Shown here one piece after another: positions 56,261 through 64,000 of a stretch of DNA of 64,000 bases; positions within the stretch are counted from its first letter, which is position 1; every line of letters starts with the position of its first letter. Below the pieces are notes generated by a model. That model did not search any database. It was given only the letters and a program-made list of their open reading frames with translations, and was not told where the DNA came from. A program made the position numbers and the translations under genes. Source of the DNA: Candidatus Xenobia bacterium (GTDB lineage: Bacteria; Vulcanimicrobiota; Xenobia; Xenobiales; QWHO01); assembly GCA_045863235.1 (NCBI GenBank), contig BTUM01000023.1, positions 1 to 64,000 of the forward strand, written 5' to 3'.

Positions 56261-58801
56261 TCAGCACTCCGAGTGGCCGCACGAGTAGCAACTCTGGCAG
56301 CCCTCGATGCTGAGGAAGGTGGTGTTCCCGCAGGAAGGGCACAGATCGGCCATCCCCTCGCTCTCGGGCGTGGCTTCCACCTGCTCTTTCACCTTCACCC
56401 GGTAAGCCGGGGTCGCGATGTCGAGCTCTTCGGCCGCGCCCAGATACTGCTCTTCCAGGGCCTGGGCCAGGGCGTCGGGCAGCGAGCGCACCCGGTCCTT
56501 GCCGAACCCCATCGAGCGCGGGCCGCCGATGCCGCGCAGCTGGTTGACGATCTCCGAGACCCGCTCGCGGGGCGAGAGGGGCGAGTTGACCCGCAGCACC
56601 AGCGAGCCGAGCCGTCCCAGGGCCTCGGCCATCGCCTTGATGTCCGAGCCGCCCTTGCCGATCTCGATGAACAGCTCGAAAGGCGAGCCATCGGCATCGT
56701 CGTTCATCGTGATGTGGGCGGTGCCCGAAGGGGTGGCCTTGCTCATGGTCACGCCGTAGCGCTTGTAGGGGCGCGGGCGCACCTTGGGCTGCTCGGCCAG
56801 CGGCACCGGCTTGGGAGCCGGGGCGGGCTCGGGGGCCTCCTCCTTCAGGCTCAGCACCTGCTCGTCGCGCGACTTGTCGCGGTAGATGGTGCCGCCCTTG
56901 CAGCCGAGCCGGTACATCAGCTCGTACAGCTTGCGAGTGTCCTCCACCGTGTAGTTGTTGGGCACGTTGCAGGTCTTGGAGATGGCCGAGTCGACCCAGC
57001 GCTGGGTGGCGGCCTGAACCCGAACGTGCTCTTCCGGGGTCAGCTCCATGGCGTTGACGAAGTAATCCGGCAAAGGCTGGCCGGGATTCTGGCGCTGCCA
57101 CTCCTCGAGCACGGCCACCTTCTCCTCGTGCATGCCCAGCCGGCTCTTGCGGAAGTAGCTCCAGAAGTAGAAGGGCTCGATGCCGGTGGAGGTGCCTACC
57201 ATGGTGCCGGTGGTGCCGGTGGGGGCCTGGGTGAGCAGGGTCACGTTGCGGACCCCCTTCTCCTTGATCGCCTGGCGCACGTCCTCGGGCATCCCCTGCA
57301 TGAAGCCGCTCTGCAGGAACTTGTCGGCCTCGAACCACTTGAACGAGCCCTTCTCGGCGGCATAGTCGGCCGAGGCCAGGTAGGCCTCGCGGGCGATGAA
57401 GCGATAGAGCTCCTCGATGAACTCCTCCGACTCGGCCGAGCCGTAGCGGATGCCCAGGCGGATCAGCATCTCGGCCAGGCCGATGGTGCCCATGCCCACG
57501 CGTCGCTCTTGCTTTTGCTGCTGCTCGTTCTGCTCGAAGAAGTAGGGGGTGGCGTCGATCACGTTGTCCAGGAAGCGGGCCGCGTAGCGCACCGTCTTGC
57601 CCAGGTCCTCCCAGTTGACCTCGCCGTTCCTGGCGAACTTGGAGAGGTTGACGTGGCCCAGGTTGCACACCGCCCAGGCGGGGAGGGGCTGCTCGCCGCA
57701 GGGATTGGTGCAGATCAGGTCGCCCTGCGGGTAGTACCAGGAGTTGGACATCTTGTTGGCCCGGTCCACGAAGAAGATGCCCGGCTCGGCCGAGGCCCAG
57801 GCGCTCTCGATGATCTGGTTCCAGATCTCGCGGGCCTTGACGGTCTTGTGCGCCACCACCTGGCCGCCCAGGGCCTTCCAGGCCTGCAGGTTGCCGGTCC
57901 ACTGGTCGGCGTAGCGCTTGTCGGAGGTGTCCGGGAAGACCAGAGTCCAGTCGGAGTCGTTCTCCACCGCCTGCATGAAGTCGTCGGTGATGCCCACCGA
58001 GATGTTGGCGTTGGTGATGTTGTCCTTCTCGCGCTTGGAGTTGATGAAGTCGAGCACGTCCGGGTGCCAGACGTTCAAGATCAGCATCAGCGCGCCGCGG
58101 CGCGAGCCACCCTGCTCGATCTTGCCGGTTACGAAGCTGTAGAGCGCGCCCCACGATACCGAGCCCGAGGAGCGGCCATTGACGCCCTTGACATAGGCAT
58201 ACTTGGGACGCAGCGTGGAGAGGTTGATGCCTACGCCGCCGCCGCGGCTCATGATCTCGGACATCTGGGCCAGCGTCTCGAAGATCCCGCCGCGCGAGTC
58301 CTGCGGGCTGGGGATGACGTAGCAGTTGTAGTAGGTCAGGTTCTGGTCGGTGCCGCAGCCGGTCAGGATGCGTCCACCCGGGACGAACTTCCAGCCGTCG
58401 AGCAGCCAGCGGAAGTTCTGGCTCCACTCGTCCTGCTTGTCGACCGTCTCGACGCTGGCGGCCCCGCGGGCCACCCGGTCCATCATCTCCTCGACCCGGG
58501 TCTCGAGCGGCTTGTCCACGTGCTCGACGGCGCGCTCCACCTGTGCTCCGTCGCGCAGCTCCACCTGCACGGTGGCGCCGTTCATGGAAACCACCTTGCC
58601 GATCTCGCGCTGGCCCGAGGCCGAGTCGACCAGCACCACCACCGTGTCGCCCACGGCCAGGGTACGCTTGCTGGCGTCCTTGAGGGCATAACGATCCAGG
58701 AAGATCTTCTCTCCCAGGGGGGACAGCTGATTGGACTCGGGGATCGACTCGAACTCCACCGTTTTGACGACTCCATTACCGCTTACAGTTGAAACAGCCA
58801 C
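56261..58801 (-). CDS. nrdJ: class II (adenosylcobalamin-dependent) ribonucleotide reductase
   Basis: PGGRIL, NCYV, GGGVG, TNPCGEQPL..CNLG, APTGT, GCKGGTIYRD, C-terminal CPSC/CYSC; no beta subunit nearby. Confidence 0.92.
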   Translation of the reverse strand: MAVSTVSGNGVVKTVEFESIPESNQLSPLGEKIFLDRYALKDASKRTLAVGDTVVVLVDSASGQREIGKVVSMNGATVQVELRDGAQVERAVEHVDKPLETRVEEMMDRVARGAASVETVDKQDEWSQNFRWLLDGWKFVPGGRILTGCGTDQNLTYYNCYVIPSPQDSRGGIFETLAQMSEIMSRGGGVGINLSTLRPKYAYVKGVNGRSSGSVSWGALYSFVTGKIEQGGSRRGALMLILNVWHPDVLDFINSKREKDNITNANISVGITDDFMQAVENDSDWTLVFPDTSDKRYADQWTGNLQAWKALGGQVVAHKTVKAREIWNQIIESAWASAEPGIFFVDRANKMSNSWYYPQGDLICTNPCGEQPLPAWAVCNLGHVNLSKFARNGEVNWEDLGKTVRYAARFLDNVIDATPYFFEQNEQQQKQERRVGMGTIGLAEMLIRLGIRYGSAESEEFIEELYRFIAREAYLASADYAAEKGSFKWFEADKFLQSGFMQGMPEDVRQAIKEKGVRNVTLLTQAPTGTTGTMVGTSTGIEPFYFWSYFRKSRLGMHEEKVAVLEEWQRQNPGQPLPDYFVNAMELTPEEHVRVQAATQRWVDSAISKTCNVPNNYTVEDTRKLYELMYRLGCKGGTIYRDKSRDEQVLSLKEEAPEPAPAPKPVPLAEQPKVRPRPYKRYGVTMSKATPSGTAHITMNDDADGSPFELFIEIGKGGSDIKAMAEALGRLGSLVLRVNSPLSPRERVSEIVNQLRGIGGPRSMGFGKDRVRSLPDALAQALEEQYLGAAEELDIATPAYRVKVKEQVEATPESEGMADLCPSCGNTTFLSIEGCQSCYSCGHSEC

Positions 58802-58933
58802 GACACACGCCTCTTTCTTTGAACTCGTCCTCGAGGGCTCATCCCGAGGCGGCGCGCGACGCCCGGAAGAACTTGAGGAAAATTTTTCAGTAAGGGCATG
58901 TTACCCGGATTGAGGAAAATTCCTCCTGCTCAA

Positions 58934-58980
58934 CCACTAGATCTTGGGGTCGATTTTTTGATGACCCCAAGATGTTGTGT
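58934..58980. promoter_or_regulatory. tandem NrdR boxes upstream of nrdJ
   Basis: ccactagatcttgggg (58934) and ccccaagatgttgtgt (58965) fit acaCwAtATaTwGtgt; starts 31 bp apart. Confidence 0.8.
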
Positions 58981-59178
58981 TCGAGCATGGCTGGCTGCCT
59001 CCTACGATCCCCAGCATCAGGCAGCGGTTTTTTCACGTTGCTGGGGATTGCATGTTGATGACGCCGGGCGAACAGGGGAGAAGATGGGGAGAAAGATGGG
59101 ATAAACACGGACCGGAGCACGACCGCCGCGACGATCGGGAAAGGATTCCAGGCTCGGTGGCCGGAAAAATCGAGCGCC

Positions 59179-59697
59179 GTGCGAGAAGCTACCCACCGCC
59201 TGCTGCGGCTCGACTTAAAGCGCAACACCGCCCCCCTGCGCTGGTCCTCACTGATCAGCCTGGGCCTGCTCTTCCTACCGGCGGTACTCTTCGGTCTGGG
59301 CCTCGTGGCCGCATATCGGCAGGGTTTTGCGCTACCCTGGCAGTTCTACGCCCTGGCTCTGTGCGGCCTGGTGGCTACCCTGGGCGGCGTGGGCGACTGG
59401 TGGTTTCACAAAGTCTACGTCACCGTCGGCCCGCACGAGCACCAGAGCCATCTCTGGGCCCTGGGTGGGGGTAGCCTGGTCTTCGCCCTGATGGCCGCAG
59501 CCAGCCTCAGCTCCCGCCCGGGAGCCTACCTGGTGCCCATCCAGGTCGCCCTGCTGGCCACCGTCACCCTGATCTGCTATGACGAGTTCCAGTTCCACGC
59601 CAGGCGTTGTCGTCCGTTCGAGACCGCCCTGCACCGCATGCTGGTCTTCGGCAACGGGGCGGCGCTGCTGTGCTGGATGCACTGGCTCTTCGCATGA
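59179..59697 (+). CDS. membrane hypothetical protein with His-bearing helices
   Basis: About five hydrophobic segments; DWWFH, EHQSH, YDEFQFH, ETALH. Confidence 0.7.
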   Translation: MREATHRLLRLDLKRNTAPLRWSSLISLGLLFLPAVLFGLGLVAAYRQGFALPWQFYALALCGLVATLGGVGDWWFHKVYVTVGPHEHQSHLWALGGGSLVFALMAAASLSSRPGAYLVPIQVALLATVTLICYDEFQFHARRCRPFETALHRMLVFGNGAALLCWMHWLFA

Positions 59698-60197
59698 AGC
59701 GAGCCCGCCGGCTGCTTGCCGAGGCGGCCCGGCTGTATGACGACCCCGACCTTCCCCTGGAGCGAGCGGCCCGGACCACCCGTGACTTTGCCTCGGGGGC
59801 CGAGTGGATGCGCCTGGCGCTGGAGTGCTTGCGGGGCGAGCCACCCCAGGGCCGCGGGGCTTTCCAGGCGCTGGGCCTGCTCAAATATGGCGCCTGCGCA
59901 CTGGCCTTCGCGGCTTGCTGGCGTCTGGCCCCGCTTCTCGCCCCGCTGGCTTTCTACGCCGTGGAGGCCCAGATGGTCTTTCTGTTCCCGCTGGTGCTGG
60001 ACGGCCACCCGGCGCCCTGGCGAGAGAGCCTGCGACTGACCCGGCGGGCCGGGGGCACTCTCCAGGTCATGCGCACCGTGATCCGCCTGGCTTTTACCAT
60101 GCTCCTGGGCGGGTTCGCCGATGGACGCTTCGTGCGCGCCTGGTGTCTGGGTTGTCTGGCTGTGGTGCTGTGGTATGAGGAGGTTCGCCGTGCTTGA
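59694..60197 (+). CDS. membrane hypothetical protein
   Basis: ATGA overlap; hydrophobic segments. Confidence 0.65.
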   Translation: MKRARRLLAEAARLYDDPDLPLERAARTTRDFASGAEWMRLALECLRGEPPQGRGAFQALGLLKYGACALAFAACWRLAPLLAPLAFYAVEAQMVFLFPLVLDGHPAPWRESLRLTRRAGGTLQVMRTVIRLAFTMLLGGFADGRFVRAWCLGCLAVVLWYEEVRRA

Positions 60198-60864
60198 GCT
60201 GGCCGCCCGGGGTCGCCTGACCCGGCGCGAGGTGGATCTGCCCCTGGGCGGGCCAGCTCGTCTGCTCTACGTGAGCGACCTGCACCTCACGCCCTGGCAC
60301 GCCCACGTGGTCGACCAGGTGCTCGAGCAGGCCCGTCAGTGCCAGCCCGACCTGGTGGTGCTGGGGGGCGACCTGGCCGACCTCCCCTCGGGGCTGGCCG
60401 AGCTCGAGAGGCTCGTCGCACACCTGCCTGCTCCGGTGCTGGCTGTGCCCGGGAACCACGATCGCCACCTGGGGCTGGGGCGGGTACGCACGGCCCTGGA
60501 GCGGGCCGGCGGGACCTGGCTCGAGCAATCCTGCTCCTTCCGGGGCGTGACCCTGGACGGGGTCTGCCGCTCCGAGGTCGAGCCCGGTTCGATTCTCTGT
60601 GCCCACGAGCCGGACGTTTTCGAGGCTGCGGCCAGGGCGGGTTACGCCCTGGTGCTGGCCGGCCATCTGCACGGCAGCCAGTTCGTACTGGGTCAGAGAG
60701 CCGGCCTGCTCTACCCGGGAGCCTGGTTCTACCGCTGGAACGGAGACCGCTTCCAACGCGGACAATGCACCATGCTGGTCAGCCGGGGGGTGAACGATAC
60801 CCTGCCCATTCGCTGGAACTGCCCGAGGGAGGTGCTGCTATGTCGCTTGCTACCCAGATCCTGA
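60175..60864 (+). CDS. calcineurin-like metallophosphoesterase
   Basis: SDLH, GGDLAD, GNHD, AHEP, AGHLHG. Confidence 0.88.
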   Translation: MRRFAVLELAARGRLTRREVDLPLGGPARLLYVSDLHLTPWHAHVVDQVLEQARQCQPDLVVLGGDLADLPSGLAELERLVAHLPAPVLAVPGNHDRHLGLGRVRTALERAGGTWLEQSCSFRGVTLDGVCRSEVEPGSILCAHEPDVFEAAARAGYALVLAGHLHGSQFVLGQRAGLLYPGAWFYRWNGDRFQRGQCTMLVSRGVNDTLPIRWNCPREVLLCRLLPRS

Positions 60865-61181
60865 TCTGGATCCTGTTCTTCGCCACCACCGTCTACGGCC
60901 ACGCCGGCTTCAAGCAGGCCTTCCACTCGGGGGCCACCACTGTCTGGCAGTGCCTCTTCTCAGTGTGGGGGATCACGGCCACGCTGGCCTGGTGTGCCTC
61001 GGCCCTGCTCTGGATCGCTATCTTGTCTCGCAGCACGCTGATCGCCGCCCACACCTCTTCTGCTCTGAGCCAGGTCCTGGTGGCCGCCACCGCGATGCTC
61101 TGGTTTGGCGAGCGGGTCAGCACGGCCCAGGGGATCGGGGTGGTGCTGGTGGTGACCGGAGTCTACCTGGTGAACCGGTAG
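60840..61181 (+). CDS. small DMT/SMR (EamA-like) membrane protein
   Basis: Four TM segments; WFGERVSTAQGIGVVLVVTGVYL. Confidence 0.75.
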   Translation: MSLATQILIWILFFATTVYGHAGFKQAFHSGATTVWQCLFSVWGITATLAWCASALLWIAILSRSTLIAAHTSSALSQVLVAATAMLWFGERVSTAQGIGVVLVVTGVYLVNR

Positions 61182-61194
61182 CGACCCTGGCATT

Positions 61195-61223
61195 AAAAAA
61201 ATCCGCCCCCGCGGGGCGGATTT
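61195..61223. terminator. intrinsic terminator between convergent genes
   Basis: A run then aaatccgcccc-cgc-ggggcggattt hairpin. Confidence 0.75.
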
Positions 61224-61245
61224 CGTTCGTTCAGGCCGGTCTGAG

Positions 61246-61755
61246 CTACTTCGTATAGGCCGGCAGGCTGTAGTACGGGCGGAAGAGCTTGAGCTCGAAG
61301 ACCTGCTCGAAATTCCCCCTGCTCGACAGGAGGTCCTGGAGATGGAAATCCCGGCCCTGGCCGCGGCATTGGAAGCGGTAGATGGCGGGCTCGGCGGCGG
61401 CGAGCAACCCGGTCACTTCTTGCTTGGTGAGCTCCTGGCCCGGAATCTGGGCGCTGTAGCTGGCGTGGATCTGGGCCAGCACCTCCTGCATCACCTTGCG
61501 GGTGACGATCTTGTCAGGCTTCCAGCCGTCATTGGGCGTGATCTCGACCAGAGTGAGCCTTTCGATGGCCGATTGCGGCGTGAAGTGCCGTTCCTCGTCG
61601 TCGGGACCGATCCCATCCAGGTCGTAGAGCTCGGTGGCCAGCATCAAAGCGAATTCTGCCTGGGTGCACATGTCCTTCTTGAGCTTGCCGGGCTGGGCCC
61701 AGGATTGGGCGGTCAGCAGGGCCGCTATTGTCAGAATCATCACCAGGCGCTTCAT
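61246..61755 (-). CDS. secreted hypothetical protein
   Basis: Signal peptide MKRLVMILTIAALLTAQSWA. Confidence 0.7.
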   Translation of the reverse strand: MKRLVMILTIAALLTAQSWAQPGKLKKDMCTQAEFALMLATELYDLDGIGPDDEERHFTPQSAIERLTLVEITPNDGWKPDKIVTRKVMQEVLAQIHASYSAQIPGQELTKQEVTGLLAAAEPAIYRFQCRGQGRDFHLQDLLSSRGNFEQVFELKLFRPYYSLPAYTK

Positions 61756-61935
61756 TGCTTGCTTGACTCCTTTTCCATCTTTTGGCCGGATAAACGTTCA
61801 AGGCCATCGGAGAAAGATCCTGGTCGCCCCCCTGCAAACCTCAAACCCCAGACTTGAGGCGCGCTTCAGGAATTGGCGCGGCACCATGCCACAGAACGTC
61901 GTTCCGGCGCGTTCGTCCGATTGTGGGCGAGTCAA

Positions 61936-63330
61936 TTAGCCGACGGGCTCTTCCACCCGATCGGCTTTGACCACCCGCAGGCGGTCGATGCGAAGACCGT
62001 CGAGGGCTTCTACGCGGAACTTATGCCCGTTCACGCGCACCTCGTCGCCCACCTCGGGCTTGCGCCCGAGCAGGCTGAAGACCACGCCGCCGATGGTGTC
62101 GTTGTGCTCGTCCTCGATCTCGGTGCCGATGAAGTCGGCCACGTCCTCGGTGAGGAGCAGGCCCGAGATGAGCACCGAGCCGTCCGGCTGGGGCACGATG
62201 TCAGCGGGCACGGAGGTCTCCGACTCCTGCTCTTCCACTTCGCCCACGATGCGCTCGAGCAGGTCGCCCAGGGTCACCATTCCCGCCGTCCCTCCGTACT
62301 CGTCCAGCACGATCAGCAATCGGGTCCGGTCGGTCTTCATCCTGGCCATCAACTTGGCTACCGGTTGGCTGCCGGGAACGCTGGCCACCGGGCGCATGTA
62401 CTGCACTACGGGAGTGTCCAGCTTGTCGGCCGCCAGGGTGACCAGCTCGCGGATGACCACCACTCCCAGAATGTCGTCCAGGTCCTTGCCGTAGACCGGA
62501 TAGCGATCGTGCACCTCGGTCTTGGCCAGCTCCAGGAGCTCTCGCATGGTGGCGTTGGCGTTGATGCAGGCCATCTCGGTGCGGGGCACCATGATCTGGG
62601 TGGCCACCAGGTCGAAGAACGAGAACACCTTGCCAATCATCTCGTTCTCCATCTGGTCGGCCTCGCCGGCTCGCTGGCGCTCCATCAGGATGTGGCGGAT
62701 CTCCTCTTCCGAGTAGACCCCGTCCCCACCGTGGTGGCTCGAGGCTCGCAGGCCCAGCCGCCCGAGCACCACGTCGGTCATCCACGAGAGCAACTTGATG
62801 CACAGGGAGAAGGTCCGGAGGAAGATTTCGGTGGGCGCGGCCGTCAACAGGGCGGCCCGCTCGGCGTGCTGGATGGCCCACATCTTGGGGACCTGCTCGC
62901 CGATGACGATGTGCAGCGTGGTCACCAGGGCAAAGGTGATGGTCAGGCTGATGACGTGAGAGGCGGCCGTGGACCAGCTATCCAGGAAGCCAAGAAAGGG
63001 CTTGATCAGGCTGGCTACGGCCGGCTCGCCGATCCAGCCGAGGGCCAGGCTGGCCATCGTGATGCCTAGCTGAGCCGCGGCCACAAAGTCGTTGAGCTGA
63101 TCCTGGCCGCGCTTGACGGCGCGCGATCCTCGCACGCCCTGGCGGACCATCTCGTCGACGCGGGTCTTGCGCAGGCCGACCAGGGCAAACTCGGTGGCCA
63201 CGAAGAATCCATTGATGAGGACGAGCGCAGCCACAGCCACCAGTTTGATGGCGATGCTGGTGGCCGTTTCCCCCTCCCCGTGAGCGTGTGCCTGGGCCAG
63301 CAGAATGAAACTACTTAGCGGGTCGTCCAT
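61936..63330 (-). CDS. hemolysin-family/CNNM protein (DUF21-CBS-CorC)
   Basis: NGFFVATEFAL, QLGITMASL, GEQVPK, MVPRTEM, DEYGGTAGMVTLGD. Confidence 0.92.
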   Translation of the reverse strand: MDDPLSSFILLAQAHAHGEGETATSIAIKLVAVAALVLINGFFVATEFALVGLRKTRVDEMVRQGVRGSRAVKRGQDQLNDFVAAAQLGITMASLALGWIGEPAVASLIKPFLGFLDSWSTAASHVISLTITFALVTTLHIVIGEQVPKMWAIQHAERAALLTAAPTEIFLRTFSLCIKLLSWMTDVVLGRLGLRASSHHGGDGVYSEEEIRHILMERQRAGEADQMENEMIGKVFSFFDLVATQIMVPRTEMACINANATMRELLELAKTEVHDRYPVYGKDLDDILGVVVIRELVTLAADKLDTPVVQYMRPVASVPGSQPVAKLMARMKTDRTRLLIVLDEYGGTAGMVTLGDLLERIVGEVEEQESETSVPADIVPQPDGSVLISGLLLTEDVADFIGTEIEDEHNDTIGGVVFSLLGRKPEVGDEVRVNGHKFRVEALDGLRIDRLRVVKADRVEEPVG

Positions 63331-63500
63331 ATTTCAGTGCCGCCCGCGACCTTCAGTGACGACCGAGACGGTCGACGAATCGTCGCGAGACGGCGCAAAG
63401 GATCCTCCTGACCTTCAAACAAATCTAGGCCTAGCATATTCGACCCCTTCCCGGGCTGTCAACCAGGATGCCAGGATTCCTTCCCCGAACCGCACCGACC

Positions 63501-64000
63501 ATGCTGGCTACTCGCGCTGAGCTGCGCACCCTTTCACTGGACGACATCGAGCGCGCCGTCTCGATCTGGTCCGTCGCCTTCAATTACACGCCGGAGGATC
63601 GCGAGCTGCGCAAGCAGTTCGCCTACCTCCACCCCGAGTGGTTGCGAGGGGTGTTCCAGCAGCGCAAGCTCCTGGCCGTGCTGCGACTCTACCCCTTCCG
63701 AGCTTACCTGGCCGGCCGTGGGGTCGAGCTGGGCGGCATCGCGAGCGTGGCCACGGCTCCCGAGGCTCGCCGCCGAGGGCTGGCCGAGAGCCTGCTGCGG
63801 GGCGCTCTGGAGGAGATGCGCGAGCGGGGCATCCCCTGGAGCGGCCTGTGGCCCTTCTCGGCCCCCTTCTATGCCCGCTACGGCTACGCCACCTGCCATC
63901 ACAACCACGTCTTGCGCCTGCAAACCCGCGATTTGCCGGCGGCTCGCAGCAGCATGATCAGTCTGGAGCGCTTGCCGCTCGAGGTCACCCCCTCGATGCA
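63501..64000 (+). CDS. Eis-like GNAT acetyltransferase (3' partial)
   Basis: Hand translation from ATG 63501: GGIASVATAPEARRRGLA..LWPFSAPFYARYGY. Confidence 0.85.
   Translation, partial: MLATRAELRTLSLDDIERAVSIWSVAFNYTPEDRELRKQFAYLHPEWLRGVFQQRKLLAVLRLYPFRAYLAGRGVELGGIASVATAPEARRRGLAESLLRGALEEMRERGIPWSGLWPFSAPFYARYGYATCHHNHVLRLQTRDLPAARSSMISLERLPLEVTPSM

Noticed and set aside
58802..59178. Cobalamin riboswitch upstream of nrdJ
   Set aside because: No recognisable B12-box; NrdR boxes account for the regulatory signal

Overview
High-GC bacterial chromosomal segment; the ffh-rpsP-khpA-ylqD-rimM-trmD order suggests a Terrabacteria-type lineage (inference). Housekeeping content: cydAB, glmM, clpS, glgP, ffh-rpsP-khpA-ylqD-rimM-trmD, RNase E/G, serA, an ECF sigma factor, rlmD, a Clp ATPase with an FHA protein, class II RNR (nrdJ) with tandem NrdR boxes, tRNA-Sec and tRNA-Met. 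The standout is an eight-gene minus-strand operon (12443->4912) whose genes all overlap: nuclease-like small protein, coiled-coil protein, GT-B glycosyltransferase, three radical SAM enzymes, a membrane-anchored tandem-domain protein and an ATE/Bpt aminoacyl-tRNA-protein transferase. It converges on an MMPL transporter and is preceded by a composite palindromic repeat with NrdR-box-like 16-mers spaced 31 bp apart, the same spacing as at nrdJ. Pieces of that repeat recur at five other intergenic sites. Also seen: a vapBC-type TA pair, a truncated HEPN remnant beside an intact MNT gene near selC, a degenerate macrodomain fusion, and a 40-aa hydrophobic ORF absent from the ORF track. All calls come from reading motifs by eye; no database searches were run.
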